The notes under the pieces: generated by a model
Database searches by the model: none
Seen by the model: the letters and a program-made list of their open reading frames with translations, nothing else
Told to the model about the DNA's origin: nothing
Origin: Mobula hypostoma
Taxonomy: Eukaryota
Direction of reading: 5' to 3'
Assembly (NCBI RefSeq): GCF_963921235.1
Contig: NC_086107.1
Coordinates: 103,852,001 to 103,916,000 of the forward strand
DNA: 64,000 bases
Program-made: the position numbers and the translations under genes
In this document: positions 24,596-36,282 of the stretch, piece by piece
Layout of the letters: each line of letters begins with the position of its first letter
Numbering within the stretch: position 1 is the stretch's first letter

Positions 24596-25226
24596 CAGGA
24601 GCCTGACAGTTGTAGGGTAATAACAGTTCCTAACCCAGTGGTGTGGGACCTGAGGCTCCCGTGCGTCCTGCCCGATGGTAGTAGTGAGAAGAGAGCCTGG
24701 CCTGGATGGCGGGAATCCTTGATGATGGATGCTGCTTTCTTGCAGCAGTGCTCCTTGTAAAAATATGCTGGATGCTGGGGAGGGCTTTCCCTGTGATGGA
24801 CTGGGCTGTATCCACCACGTTTCATAGGCTTTTTCATACCAGGCCGTGATGCAACCAGTCCAGATTCACTCCACAGTGCACCTATAGAAGTTTGTCAAAG
24901 TTTTAGGTGACGTGCTAAATCTACACAAACTTCTAGTAAAATAGCTGAGTGTGTGCTCAAGAAACAGCACCTCCTTTTGTTTCCAGACGTGTTACACATT
25001 ACATTCCAGATAACCAGCCACGTATCCCATCTTCGCCTTCTTCGTGATGGCACTTGCGTGCTGGTCCCAGGGCAGATGCCCTGATGTGATAACACCAAGG
25101 AAATTAAAGCGGCTGCCCTCCCCACTTCCGATCCCATTATGTGGACTAGCTCATGGACCCTCAGATTCTTCTGCTGCGGTCAATAATCACCTGTTTGGTC
25201 TTGCTGATGTCGAGTGAGAGGTTGCT
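24596..25226 (-). mobile_element. Rex1/Babar 3' fragment (continues leftwards to ~23635)
   Basis: KKAASIIKDSRHPGQALFSLLPSGR peptide. Confidence 0.7.
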
Positions 25227-25844
25227 ACGAATACTCAGCAGATCAGGCAGCAGGTGTGGAGGGGAAAGCTGATAACATTTCCAGTTCCTGATACTGTATC
25301 AGAACCAGATAAAGATTTTTTAAAAAAGAAACAAGTTTCAAATCGCTGAGAGGAGGTGGGAGGGTGGAGAGATTAAAGGAGAAGGTCTATGGGAGGATAA
25401 AGAGTTGTTAGTTTTATGTGGAGAGGGTGTGGGCTGCAGCAACGTAAAAATGGGGAAGACAATCATGAAATAGCCAGAGAGAGAAAGATGAGGCTGAAAA
25501 TATGGGATACGTGGCTGGTTATCTGAAATGTAGTGTGTAACACATCTGGAAACAAAGCAAAGTACCATTTCTTGAGCACACTCAGCTACTTTGGAACACT
25601 GGAGACAGCCCAGGACAGAGGTCAGATTGGAAATGGGAAACAATAGACAATGGGATCTTAAGAGAAACCACGCAGCTGAAGGAACTCAGAGGGAGTCGAC
25701 GCATTGGGCTGAGACCCTGCTTTAGGACTGGGAGTGGGATGGAGACTCAGACTGATGGGTAATACAAGCTTAGGGTCACCTTAATAGACTGAACGTAGAT
25801 GCTCTTTGGACGAGACAGCGGTCAGTCCTACCTCTGGGTGGCAC

Positions 25845-26140
25845 TGTACCGGAGGGGTTAGTGCTGGCGGTAAAAATCGAGGTTCAATTCCCTCCGCTGT
25901 CTGGGAGTTAGTGCATTCTACCAGTGAGCGCATGGGTTTCCCCCGGGGGCTCTGGTTTCCTCCCAAATTCCAAAAAGACACACAGTTAAAGTTAGTGAGC
26001 TGTGGGCATGCTACATTGGCACTGTCAGCGTGCTGACACTTGCAGGCTGCTGAGCTGAGCACAATTCTTGCTGATTTAATTTGACACAAAACGGTGCATT
26101 TCTCTGTATGCTTCAACGTACAAATAAAGCTAATCTTTTT
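25845..26140 (+). mobile_element. V-SINE copy
   Basis: GGTTCAATTCC B-box-like motif, V-domain GGGTTTCC...CTCTGGTTTCCTCCC, tail ACAAATAAAGCTAATC. Confidence 0.6.
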
Positions 26141-26876
26141 TTTAAATCTCCAATTTACAACTCCAGAGGCCTTATTTCAACTGTGACCCAAGGTCTTCTC
26201 TGCTTAACCGTGGCGGCTTCCCTCACCACAAGACACGCGAGCAGAATTAGGCCATTCAGCCCATCCAGTCTGTTCTGCCATTCCGCCATATGGCCAATTT
26301 ATTCTCTCTCTCAACCCCATCCTATATGATAACTGGCCGCTGTAAGTTACCCATTAGTCTGGGTGAGTGACGAGAGAATCAACTGGGGATTTGATGGGCA
26401 CGTAAGTTACAGGTCTACAAGGGAAAGGGAAATGGGTCTGATTAGATTGCTCAGCATGGACCCAATGGGCTGAATGGTCTCCTTCTCGGCTGTAATAAGT
26501 AAGCAGGCTCTACAAGGTGGTCTCCCGACCTGAGTCTGGTCTTTGCCGCCTCAAGACAGGGGAGCAGCCGTTGTGGTTGCACAAGGAGGTGACTGGGGAC
26601 GGAAGATGGCTTCTGGTTTCTGCCCCTTTCCTTTCCAGTCCTGACAGAGGGCCTCAGCCCAAAAACGTCGACTGCTCATTCCCCTCAACCCGACATGCTG
26701 AGTTCACGCAGCAGTGTGTGTGGCTCGAGATTTCCAGCATCTGCAGAATTTCTTGAACTTGTTTGTTATGTTATATTTACTATTATCACATAAACTGTTT
26801 ACTCTGGGAGCTTCATGGACGCAAACTATTTCGTAACACCCTGGTGCAATTGACAATAATCTAATCTAATCTAATG

Positions 26877-28332
26877 TACACTCAAGTGGTTGACCTCACA
26901 TTTTTCATGTTACGCTCAGCGGCCACTTTACTTGGGACCTCCTGTACCTAATAAAATGGCCACTGAGTGCACGTTCATGGTCTTGTGCTGCTGTGGGCCG
27001 TCCACTTCAAGGATCAAAGTGTTGTATGTTCAGAGATGCTCTTCTGCACACCACTGTCGTCAGCCTGAAACAGTCTGGCCATTCTCCTCAGATCTCTCGC
27101 ACGTTAACAAGGCGTTTTTGCCCACAAGTCTTTTTTGATCTTTGCACCATTCTCTGTGAACTCTAGAGACCGCTGTGTGTGAAAACCCCAGGAGGTCAGC
27201 AGTTCCTGAGATACTCAATCCACCACATCTGGCACCGACAATCATTTCATTGTCAAAGCCACTCAGTTCTCATTTTTTCCCCCATTCTGATGCTTGGTCT
27301 GAACAACAACTGAACCTCGAGATCATGTCTGCATGATTTTATGCACTGAGTTGCTGCCACATAATTAGCTGTTTAGATACTTTATACTTTATTGTCGCCA
27401 AACAATTGATACTAGAACGTACGATCATCACAGCGATATTTGATTCTACGCTTCCCGCTCCCTGGATTACAAATCGATAGTAAATATTAAAAATTTAAAT
27501 TATAAATCATAAATAGAAAATAGAAAAATGGAAAGTAAGGTAGTACAAAAAAACTGAGAGGCAGGTCCGGATATTTGGAGGGTACGGCCCAGATCCTGGT
27601 CAGGGTCTGTTCAGCAGTCTTATCACAGTTGGGAAGAAGCTGTTCCCAAATCTGGCCGTACGAGTCTTCAAGCTCCTGAGCCTTCTCCCGGAGGGAAGAG
27701 GGACGAAAAGTGGTTGGCTGGGCGGGTCGTGTCCTTGATTATCCTGGCAGCACTGCTCCGACAGCGTGCGGTGTAAAGTGAGTCCATGGACGGAAGATTG
27801 GTTTGTGTGATGTGCTGTGCCATGTTCACGATCTTCTGCAGCTTCTTTCAGTCTTGGACAGGACAACTTCCATACCAGGTTGTGATGCACCTGAGAAGAA
27901 TACTTTCTATGGTGCATCTATAAAAATTAGTGAGGGTTTTAGGGTACAGGACAAATTTCTTCAGTTTTCTCAGGAAGTAAAGGCACTGGTGGGCCTTCTT
28001 GGCAGTGGACTGTGCTTGGTTGGACCAAGTCAGGTCACTTGCGATATTGACCCCGAGGAACTTAAAGCTTTTGAACTGTTCCCCTTGCGCACCACCGATG
28101 TAAATTGGGTCGTGCAGTCCGCTACTCCTTATGAAGTCAACAACCAATTCCTTCATCTTGCTGACGTTGAGGGATAGGTTATTGTCTTCGCACCATGCCA
28201 CCAGGTTCTTAATTTCCTCTCTGTACTCAAACACATCATTACCCGAGATACGGCCTACAATTGTGTCATCAGCAAACTTATATATACTTGCATTAACAAG
28301 CAGGTTTACCTAATAAAGTGGCCACTGAGTGT
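26877..28332 (-). mobile_element. Tc1-like remnant interrupted by a young Rex1 (27378-28283)
   Basis: MIVGARCGGLSISGTADLLGFSHTAVSRV peptide; TIR TACCTAATAAAGTGGCCACTGAGTGT at 28307-28332. Confidence 0.75.
27378..28283 (-). mobile_element. Young 5'-truncated Rex1/Babar LINE
   Basis: KFADDT, WCEDNNLSLNVSKMKELVVDF, AHQCLYFLRKLKKF, FYRCTIESIL; 3'UTR closely matches the 36773 copy. Confidence 0.9.
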
Positions 28333-28356
28333 CTCGTCCATTTGCCATGTTCTCAC

Positions 28357-28378
28357 CTGCTCAGTCTGTCTATACCCT
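28357..28378 (-). other. Candidate 22-nt micro-exon
   Basis: Minus strand TGTTTCTCTCAG|AGGGTATAGACAGACTGAGCAG|GTGAGA in a short unique gap between repeats. Confidence 0.25.
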
Positions 28379-28414
28379 CTGAGAGAAACACGATCTGTAG
28401 TAACACACAAGTGC

Positions 28415-29720
28415 TTAATACACCTGTCCCCACCAGCTTCAAAAGGGTGACGATCACACAGTGCCCGAGAGAAGCAGGGCAAGCTGCTTTAATAACAGAG
28501 ACACTGTGATGGAGTACTTTGAGAGAGTGGTCCTGGCCAGGATCAACTCCCTAAGCAAGGACCTAGACCCTCTGCAATTTGCCTATCGCTATGGACCATC
28601 TTTAGAGGTTGCAGTCTCACAGTCTCTCCACCAGGACAATAGCAATACACACATGGGGCTGCTGTTAATGATTACAGCTCAGCGTTCAATACAATCATAC
28701 CCTCAGTTCTGATCAACAAGCTCCAAAATCTGGGCCCCCGTACCTCCCTCCGCAACTGGGTCCTTGACCTCCTCACTGGGAGACCACAGCCAAGTAACAA
28801 CTCCTTGCCGACAACCAACACTGATACACCTCGGGGGTGTGTGCTTATCCCACTGCTCTACTCTCTCTCTCTATACACCTGTGACCGTGCGGCTAGCCAC
28901 AGCTCAAAAGTGCCATCTATAAGTTTGCTGACAGCACGAGTGTCAGTGGCAGAATCTCAGATGGCGACGAGGAGGCGTACAGGAGCGAGACACATCAGCT
29001 AGTTGAGTGGCGTTGCAGTGACAACATTGCACTCAACACCAGGAAGATCGAGGAACTGGTTGTGCAGTTCAGGAAGAGGATGCCAAGGAAACAAACACCA
29101 CTCCTCTCTGAGAGATCAGCAGTGGGAATGGTGAGCCGTTATAATTCCTGAGTGGCAACATTTTTGAAGAGCTATCCCGGCCCAACATATTTACAAAGAA
29201 GGTGTGGCGATGGCTATTTTTCATTAGGAGTTTGAGGAGATTTGGAATGTCAGCAAAGACTCTAGCGAATTTGTACAGGTGTACTGTGGAGAGCATTCTA
29301 ACTGGTTGTATCACTCTCTGGTACAGAGGGGCCACCACACAGGACCAGGAAAAGCTGCAGGGAGTTACAACCCCCAGCCAACTCCATCACGTCCCCAGCA
29401 CCGAGGACGTCTTCAAAAGGCGATGACTCAAGAAAGCAGCATGCATCATGAAGGACCCCCATCACCCAGGACAGGGCCTCTTCTCACTGCTACCTCAGGG
29501 AGGAGGTGCAGGAGCCTGAAGTCCCACACTCGATGTTTTAGGAACAGCTCCTTTCCCTCCACCATCAGATTTCTGAACAGACAATGAACCAACCAATGAA
29601 CACCACAGCACCTCACTATTATTGGTCTCTTTGCTCTACTTATTACAGATAAGTAGTGCTATATAGTACTTATAACACAACATATATATTGATGTTATAT
29701 ATGTGTTATTGTAATTTATA
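28415..29720 (+). mobile_element. Old Rex1/Babar RT fragment
   Basis: [23 protein letters not shown] and LRRFGMSAKTLANLYRCTVESILTGCITLWY peptides. Confidence 0.85.
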
Positions 29721-29721
29721 G

Positions 29722-29945
29722 AGGAGAGCCATCCGCAGGACCACCGATGCGGCAGAGAGGGCCTCAAGATGGCTGTGGCTCAAAAGAGGGGAGCCATGGA
29801 GTCATAAGTAGCTAGCCATCTGGACACAAGCTGGGGTCTGATCAGCCCCGGCTGGGTCACCTGGAGGAGGTTGTATGATGTTGAAAGACCCGAAACACCC
29901 GATGATTGCAGGAACATCACTGAAGGTGTGTCCAGAGGCATCAAT
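29722..29945 (+). mobile_element. Hero (R2-group) non-LTR retrotransposon 3' end
   Basis: Translates RAIRRTTDAAERASRWLWLKRGEPW, followed by GCTGGGGTCTGATCAGCCCC...GACCCGAAACACCC. Confidence 0.65.
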
Positions 29946-30206
29946 AGATGTATGTACACAGCCTATGTATTGCACTTTATCACTGCTGCAAAACAGCAAA
30001 CTTTATGACATATGCCAGTGATTAAACTTCACTCTGAACCTGCTTCTGAAGGTTGAGGTCAGAATAACAGGTGGAGAGAGGGAAAGAGCAGGAGCTGGTA
30101 AAAGTGACTGCTTTTCGTTACGTATACATTATTTATTTGCATGCTAACCATACCTTCGCAATCACACACACAGCCAAACCTCCAATCACACCTTCATAAT
30201 TCCCCT

Positions 30207-30308
30207 CAGGCAACACACATCAAAGTTGCTGGTGAACGCAGCAGGCCAGGCAGCATCTCTAGGAAGAGATGCAGTCGACGTTTCAGGCCGAGACCCTTCG
30301 TCAGGACT
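30207..30308 (-). mobile_element. 102-bp stand-alone PLE pseudo-LTR/HHR insertion with 15-bp TSD
   Basis: CTTCATAATTCCCCT at 30192-30206 and 30309-30323; HHR motif 30272-30308 with intact CTGACGA and GAAACGTC. Confidence 0.9.
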
Positions 30309-30460
30309 CTTCATAATTCCCCTTATCTGATTTAAGACACTTGCATTGAAGTGCATAACTTTCAAACTTAAATGTAAAAATCTATCAGATTATAATCACT
30401 CTTCCCCAAAGGCCTCTTCCTGACAAGATTATCAATGAATCATTTTTAGTGCACAAAACA

Positions 30461-30540
30461 CGGGAGTTCCCGACCTTTGACATGCCATGGACCCATACCA
30501 TTAAGCAAGGGGTCCGTGCACCCCAAGTAGGGAACGCCCA
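30461..30540. mobile_element. ~80-bp hAT/Charlie-like MITE
   Basis: Degenerate GGGGTTCCC...GGGAACCCC ends; same core TACCATTAAGCAAGGGGTCC as the 60778 copy. Confidence 0.6.
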
Positions 30541-30864
30541 ATCTAAAACACTGTTTACTCAGATTGGTTGCTTAACATATTGATGTAGAAAGCACCTAAT
30601 ATGCATTCAAAGAATTCATCTTCCATTTTAATTTGTCAATTCTGTGTGACTAAGATACTACCTTGTCGCAGGCAGCCCTCGTTTCCCCTGTCATATGCAA
30701 CACACGGTACTGCAGCTACCATATGGCAGTTGCCCCAAATTGCTTTTAATTGGGCAGCGGGTACTGTGACACCATTTCAGCATTAATATCCCCCTTTATC
30801 AATGATACGACACCGCCCCGATTTCCTTCCCTGTCCAAAATATCAAATATCCTAGAGCATTCAG

Positions 30865-31146
30865 TTCCCTCCCACCGCCTCTCTCCTCCCCATTCTTCCT
30901 CGCCAACCTCCCTGTATCTTTCCCTCTTTCCTCCCTTTATTCGTCTCTCCTTCCCGATCCTTTCTCTCTCTCTCTCCTCTCCTGTATAATTTCTCCTTTT
31001 CTATCTCTACCTGATTCTCTCCCTTTATTCCTCCCTCTGGTGTCTCTCTTCCTCCCTTTCCTTCTCCTTCTCCCCACCCCATATTCTTTCCCTCGCCTCT
31101 CCCGAATTTTCTTTCTTTCTCTCCCCGATTCTTCTTTCTCTCTCAC
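30865..31146. repeat. Polypyrimidine low-complexity tract
   Basis: About 280 bp of mostly C/T on the plus strand. Confidence 0.8.
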
Positions 31147-31200
31147 TACGCCGATCTGATTCCTGGCTTTATTTCTCTGGCTTTGACACCTGCCTCTCAC

Positions 31201-31260
31201 CTTTTGAATGAAAAGTTTCTCCGCAAACTCTCTGCCGATGTCGTAAGTCGCTGCCACTCC
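31201..31260 (-). other. Candidate first exon of a leftward transcript
   Basis: CpG-rich segment ending at a strong minus-strand donor AAG|GTGAGA (31201/31200); start approximate. Confidence 0.45.
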
Positions 31261-31405
31261 CTATTGGTCCACTCCGCACAATCGGGGGAGCAAGGCGCTC
31301 AGCGTTTGATCGACAATCCGAGCAACCAATCAGTTGAACGGGGGCGGAGGAGCGGGATCCGCAACCAACCAGGACATCGAGAGCGCAGCCAGGAGGCGGG
31401 ATCGT
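31255..31405. promoter_or_regulatory. CpG-rich promoter with CCAAT boxes and GC box, possibly bidirectional
   Basis: ATTGG 31263-31267, CCAATCAG 31326-31333, GGGGCGGAG 31341-31349, GGCGGGA ~31395. Unique CpG-dense sequence, not recognisably a repeat. Confidence 0.65.
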
Positions 31406-31424
31406 ATTATACCCAGCCTTCAGG

Positions 31425-31470
31425 ATGTCGACAGGCTTACATAACGAGATCCCTCCAACCAATAAAACCG
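31425..31470 (+). other. Candidate first coding exon portion (MSTGLHNEIPPTNKT...)
   Basis: AGGATGT start context downstream of the promoter, open to donor CCG|GTAACT. No downstream in-frame exon confirmed. Confidence 0.3.
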
Positions 31471-31589
31471 GTAACTCCAGAATACTCTGAAACTCATTAG
31501 AAATATGATCACCTGAAAGTTTAATGATGTTTCTCTCTCCACAGATGCAGACTGATCTTGATCTGCTGAGTGTTCCTGATTTGGAAGTT

Positions 31590-32220
31590 GCCTCGTCTGC
31601 AAAGAGCAAAATTTCCCGGTAGCCAAACATTTTACCTCCACTCCCCATTCCCGTGCCGACATGCCGGTCCATGGCTTCCCCTGCTGACATGATGGGGCCA
31701 CTCTGCATCTGCTGGAGGAGCAACACCTCACATTCCGTCTGGGTAGCCTTCAACATGAAGAAATGAAACATCGATTTTTCGAACTTGCAGTAATATCTTC
31801 CCCTTCCCCTTCTCTATTTTTCCATTCCCTATTCTGGTCCCCCCCCCACCTTACCCCTTCTCATCTCCTTACCTGCATATCACCTCCCTCTGGTACCCCC
31901 CCCCCCTACCTTTCTCCCATAGTCTCCTCTCCTATCAGATTCCTTCTTCCTCAGCTCTTTACCTTTTCCACCTATCACCTCCCAGCTTCTTACTTCAACC
32001 CCTCTCTTCCACCCACCAAGCTTCCCCCTCTCCCAGCTTTAGCGCTCACATGCCAGATCGTACTCCTCCCCCCCCACCCCACAACTTCTTTGTCTGCTTT
32101 CTTCCCCTTCCTCTCCAGTCCTAATGAAGGGTCTTGGCCCAAAATGCCAACTCTTTATTCCTCTCCATAGACGCTGCCTGACCTGCTGAGTTCCTCCGGC
32201 ATTTTTGTGCGTGTTACTTT
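31590..32220 (+). mobile_element. Old Penelope-like element 3' part
   Basis: PVAKHF...EEQHLTFRLGSLQ-like coding, pyrimidine UTR and decayed HHR ~32116-32152. Confidence 0.75.
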
Positions 32221-32955
32221 GGAAATATATATTATCCTTCCTTCTTCAAACCCATCCCGGTCCTCTTTTGGTTGCACAGTGAGAGCACCTTCTCCAGATG
32301 GTCTGCAGGAGTTCAAGAAGACAACCAACTTATCCAGGGAAAATGGAACAGATATCAAATTTTACATCTGCCAGCTACACCCTCTCCTGAGAACAGCTAA
32401 AAATATTATGTCTGCTGGAGCTGGGATCTTACTGCGTCCAGACATTAAAAATGCCAAATATCAGAAATGTTACTGTCATGGGAAGTTAACTTTCCACAGC
32501 GGTGGCCCAGTGAATCATTCAATATACATAAGTAAATGATTTAGCAGACCACAAAGCATCCAGGTCTGGAATGGCTGACTCACCCTAACAAGTTTGTACA
32601 AATACAATGCGACATCACCCGGTACAGAAGGAAGAGGGTCTCTCAGGGGATCTCCCGGTCCCCTTGCCCCTGGGCCTGGCCAAGCCGGCCACTTATGAGT
32701 CTAGGCAGCAAGCAGTCAAGGGCTCTGTGTCAGGGTCGTTGGTTGTCAGTCATAACCAACAATGACACGAGACCTGTGCGGGAGAGCTCTTAAAGTGGAA
32801 AAGCCCCTCCCTGGACACCCCATACACCCTCATTAGGATTAGATTGTTAGTATGCGAGCCATGGGAAAACCATCCCTATTGTGTTTATTGATCGCATTAC
32901 TGGAGATAAAGCGTCACTGGACTCTGTCACTTTGATTTGGCCCATGCTTTGATTA

Positions 32956-33140
32956 GTCCCGCTTGGTGGCGCAATAATATCGGCGCCGGTCCCCAGAGCG
33001 AAGGTTCCCGAGTTCGAATCCAAGTCAGGTTGAGCGTCGAACTAGCAACTCGGCCACGTAAGAACAAGAATAGCTTCACACTGTCATGGTGGTGCCCCGA
33101 TAACTCCACTGCCGAGTTAAGGGCTATTCTTCTTCTTCTC
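32956..33140 (+). mobile_element. Short tRNA-derived SINE with (TTC)n tail
   Basis: GGTGGCGCAA A-box-like motif, GAGTTCGAATCC B box, 3' end shared with the 36283 element. Confidence 0.65.
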
Positions 33141-33729
33141 CTATGCTTTCATTAACCTGGTCCAACTCCGCTTGCCTTTCTTGGGATTTATGGCTGATTT
33201 GGGTGGTGGGGTGGAGATACGTCTCTACCAAAGGAGGTGCTCCTTCCCTCCGCTAGCCTGCAAGTCACCCTTGGGCAAGGTGTAGCACCCGCTTAGCCCC
33301 TCCAATCATGGTCATGTGAAGCGACGGGAGCGGGTGATGGATGGTCGTACGAGCCCAGCGCAGATCACAAGTCCTGGTTATGCGACCACTGACAGCAGGC
33401 GGACAGTCTCTGAAGAGTATTGATAATGGCTGGGGTCACCCGTCTGGTAAAGACACCGCCCAGAAGGCGGCAATGGCAAACCACTTCTGTGCCAAGAATA
33501 TTCATAGTCAAAGACTCTGATCGCCCCCGTCATACGACACAGCGCATAATGATGAGGATGACTAATGATCATCTAACTTATTTATAGTGGGAGAGGAGTG
33601 TCAGGTATTGCTGTAAGTTTGTATGTGCAAGGGAAGAATTGAAATAGGCAGGGGGTTTCTAGGGTAGGGTTAGGGCCTGAGCCAACTGCCTGCCCCTCTT
33701 TCTGTGCCCAGATGTCCTTGGGGGAGGAG

Positions 33730-33906
33730 CATACAGTGACTGTGGGTACAATGGTTGATTTCTGGGAACTGTGGGCTCCTCAAGGGTTCGAATGTGGTTT
33801 AGATAGTAATGATCATATTTTAATTTGAAGCTGTATCTAGTTTATGAAGTCTGGATGATTGTACAGTGTTTGACGTTTGAATAAACTTCTGTTTTTAAGA
33901 AAAAGG
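33730..33906 (+). mobile_element. L1/Tx1-like 3' end
   Basis: FWELWAPQGFECGLDSNDHILI-stop, then AATAAA and an A-rich tail. Confidence 0.45.
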
Positions 33907-35214
33907 AAATGAAAGCTCACTAAGGAGCAGGGAGGGTGGGGAAAGGGTGTGGGGTAAAACCAGAGGGAGCAAGGGGATCAGCTGTAAGTAAGGTTATCGG
34001 GGAGCAGGTGGAACATGAGAATGCAGACCAAGGAAGAAAAGGAAGGAGGGAGGGGGCTGTGAAGTGCGGCGCAGAAAGGCGTGCCCAGCAGTTTAGACAA
34101 GACATGTCCTCCATTCCCAGAGGGAAAGCTGAGGGAAGGAGCAACAAGGAAGCTGAGCCAATGCCGCATTTGGCAGTTTGGATCTGGAATGCAGTGTCAC
34201 AGCTCGGAGTGGAGGCAGACCGTAGTGTGCTAAAGGGAGGGGACAGGAAAGAATTGGCAGGGCTGTCTGAAAAGAGTGGAACCAACTGCTTTAGTTGTAG
34301 CGTTGGAAGGAAGCCTCTTCAGAGAATCCTCTCCCAAGAATCACCTGCGGGAAGAGCTGAGTAGGTCAGGCAGCAGCTGTGGAGGCAAAGGGATTGCCGA
34401 TATTTTGGGTGAAGGCCTTACATCGGGACCCTGTTTTGGGACCCTTCATCAGAATCCTGCATTGGGACCCCGTAGCAGGAGCCTGCGTCGGGACCTGCTG
34501 AGTTTCTCCACCAGTTTGCTTTCGCTCCAGATTCCAGTACCCGCGGTTTCCTGTGTCTCCGAGCCGCCAGCTGAATCCTTGCTGAAGTCTCTTTGTCTCG
34601 AGTCCATGCTTGGGCAGGGAGATCAGACTTTTAACTAATATTCTAGGAGAAGTCTCACTAAAGCCCTTTAAGATCCAATAAGACATCCCCGCTCTTGTAT
34701 TGAAATCCTTGTACAGAAGGAACACAGGACATAGATTACTACAGCACCTTCAACCCACAATGTTGTGCTGAGCTTGGAACCTACACGGAGATCAGTCTAA
34801 ACCTTCTCTCCCCTCCGTAGCCTTTCATTTCCCTGTCATCCCTGTGCCTGCTTAAGAGTGTCTTAAATGTCCCTAAAGTATCTGCCTCTACCACCACTGG
34901 TACAGGATTTTCAGTGCTCACTTTCACGTTCCAGTATCTGCAGCTTTGTTTTGATATTCGTGTTGTAAGGGTACAGTGTGACTCACTGCTTGTGTACTCC
35001 AGGCCTCTATTTATAAAGCCTGGGTTCCTGTTGGTATTTTTAACGACGTTCTTAACCTGTTCTGCTGCCTTCACTGAACTGCTCACACAAGCCCACAGAT
35101 CTCAACACACACAAACCATTATCATCCGATGGTGTTTTCTACATTGTCTCCTTACATTTTTCCTCATAATGCAGTACTTTCCACATCTCCACATTAAACT
35201 TTGTTTTCCATCCT

Positions 35215-35712
35215 CAAAGTTCAGAGTAGAAGTTATTATCAGAGTACATCACCACATACAACCCTGGGATTCTTTTCCCCGTGGACATATTCAGCAAATC
35301 TAAAGAAGAGCAATTGTAAATCGGATCAGTGAAAGATCAAGTGAGCACAGAAGACAACAAACTTTGCAAATGCAAATATAAACAAATAGCAATAAATAAC
35401 GAGAGCATGAGATAAAGAGTCCTTAAGGTGAGATCATTGGTTGCGGGAACATCTCAAAAGGAGAGTGTAGTTATCATCTTTTGTTCAAGAACCTGATGGT
35501 TGAGGGGTGGTAGCTATTGTTGAACCTGGAGGTGCGAGTCCTGAGGCTCTTGTACCTTCTACCTGTTGGTAGCAGCGAGAAAAGAGCAGGCCTGGTTGGT
35601 GAGGATCTCTGAAGCTCGATGCTGCTTTTCTACGGCAGCATTTCATATAAGTGTCCTGCACTCAACGTCAGCAAGACCAAGGAGATGATTGTGGACTTCC
35701 TGGAGAAGTCGG

Positions 35713-35811
<99 letters not shown>

Positions 35812-36282
35812 CATTGAGGGGTCAGTGGTGGAAAGAGTGAGCAGCTTCAAGTTTCTGGGTGTCAACATCTCGAGGATCTGTGCTGGGCTGAACTCATTGG
35901 CGTAATCATGAAGAAGGCAGGCCTTCATGAGGAGTTTGAGGAGATTTGGTCTGTCACCGAAGACTCTAGCGAATTTCTACAGATATATGGCGGAGAGCAT
36001 TCTAACTGGTTGCATCACCGTCTGGTACGGAGGCACCAAGGCAGAGCAACACAAGAAGGCTGCAGTCTCAACCAGCTCCATCACGGGCACACACCCCTCC
36101 CCAGCATCGAGGGCATCTTCCGGAGGCGATGGCTCAGGTAGGTACCATCCATCACGTGGGCCCTCACTATCCTGCACATGGCCCTCTTCTCGTTACTACC
36201 TGAAGACCCACACTTGATGTTTTAGAAACAGATTCGTCACCTCCACCATCAGATTTCTGAATGGTCCATGAACCCATGAAGA
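35215..36282. mobile_element. Two Rex1 3' fragments in opposite orientation (35215-35650 minus, 35655-36282 plus)
   Basis: Reverse tail, then ALNVSKTKEMIVDF...FGLSPKTLANFYRYMAESILTGCITVWYG. Confidence 0.75.
35717..35808. repeat. (CA)n microsatellite
   Basis: About 92 bp of AC repeat with one interruption. Confidence 0.95.

Noticed and set aside
33660..33675. TAGGGTAGGGTTAGGG telomere-like motif
   Set aside because: Too short to call an interstitial telomeric repeat.
35619..35928. HT/CV-repeat ORFs
   Set aside because: Translations of a (CA)n microsatellite.
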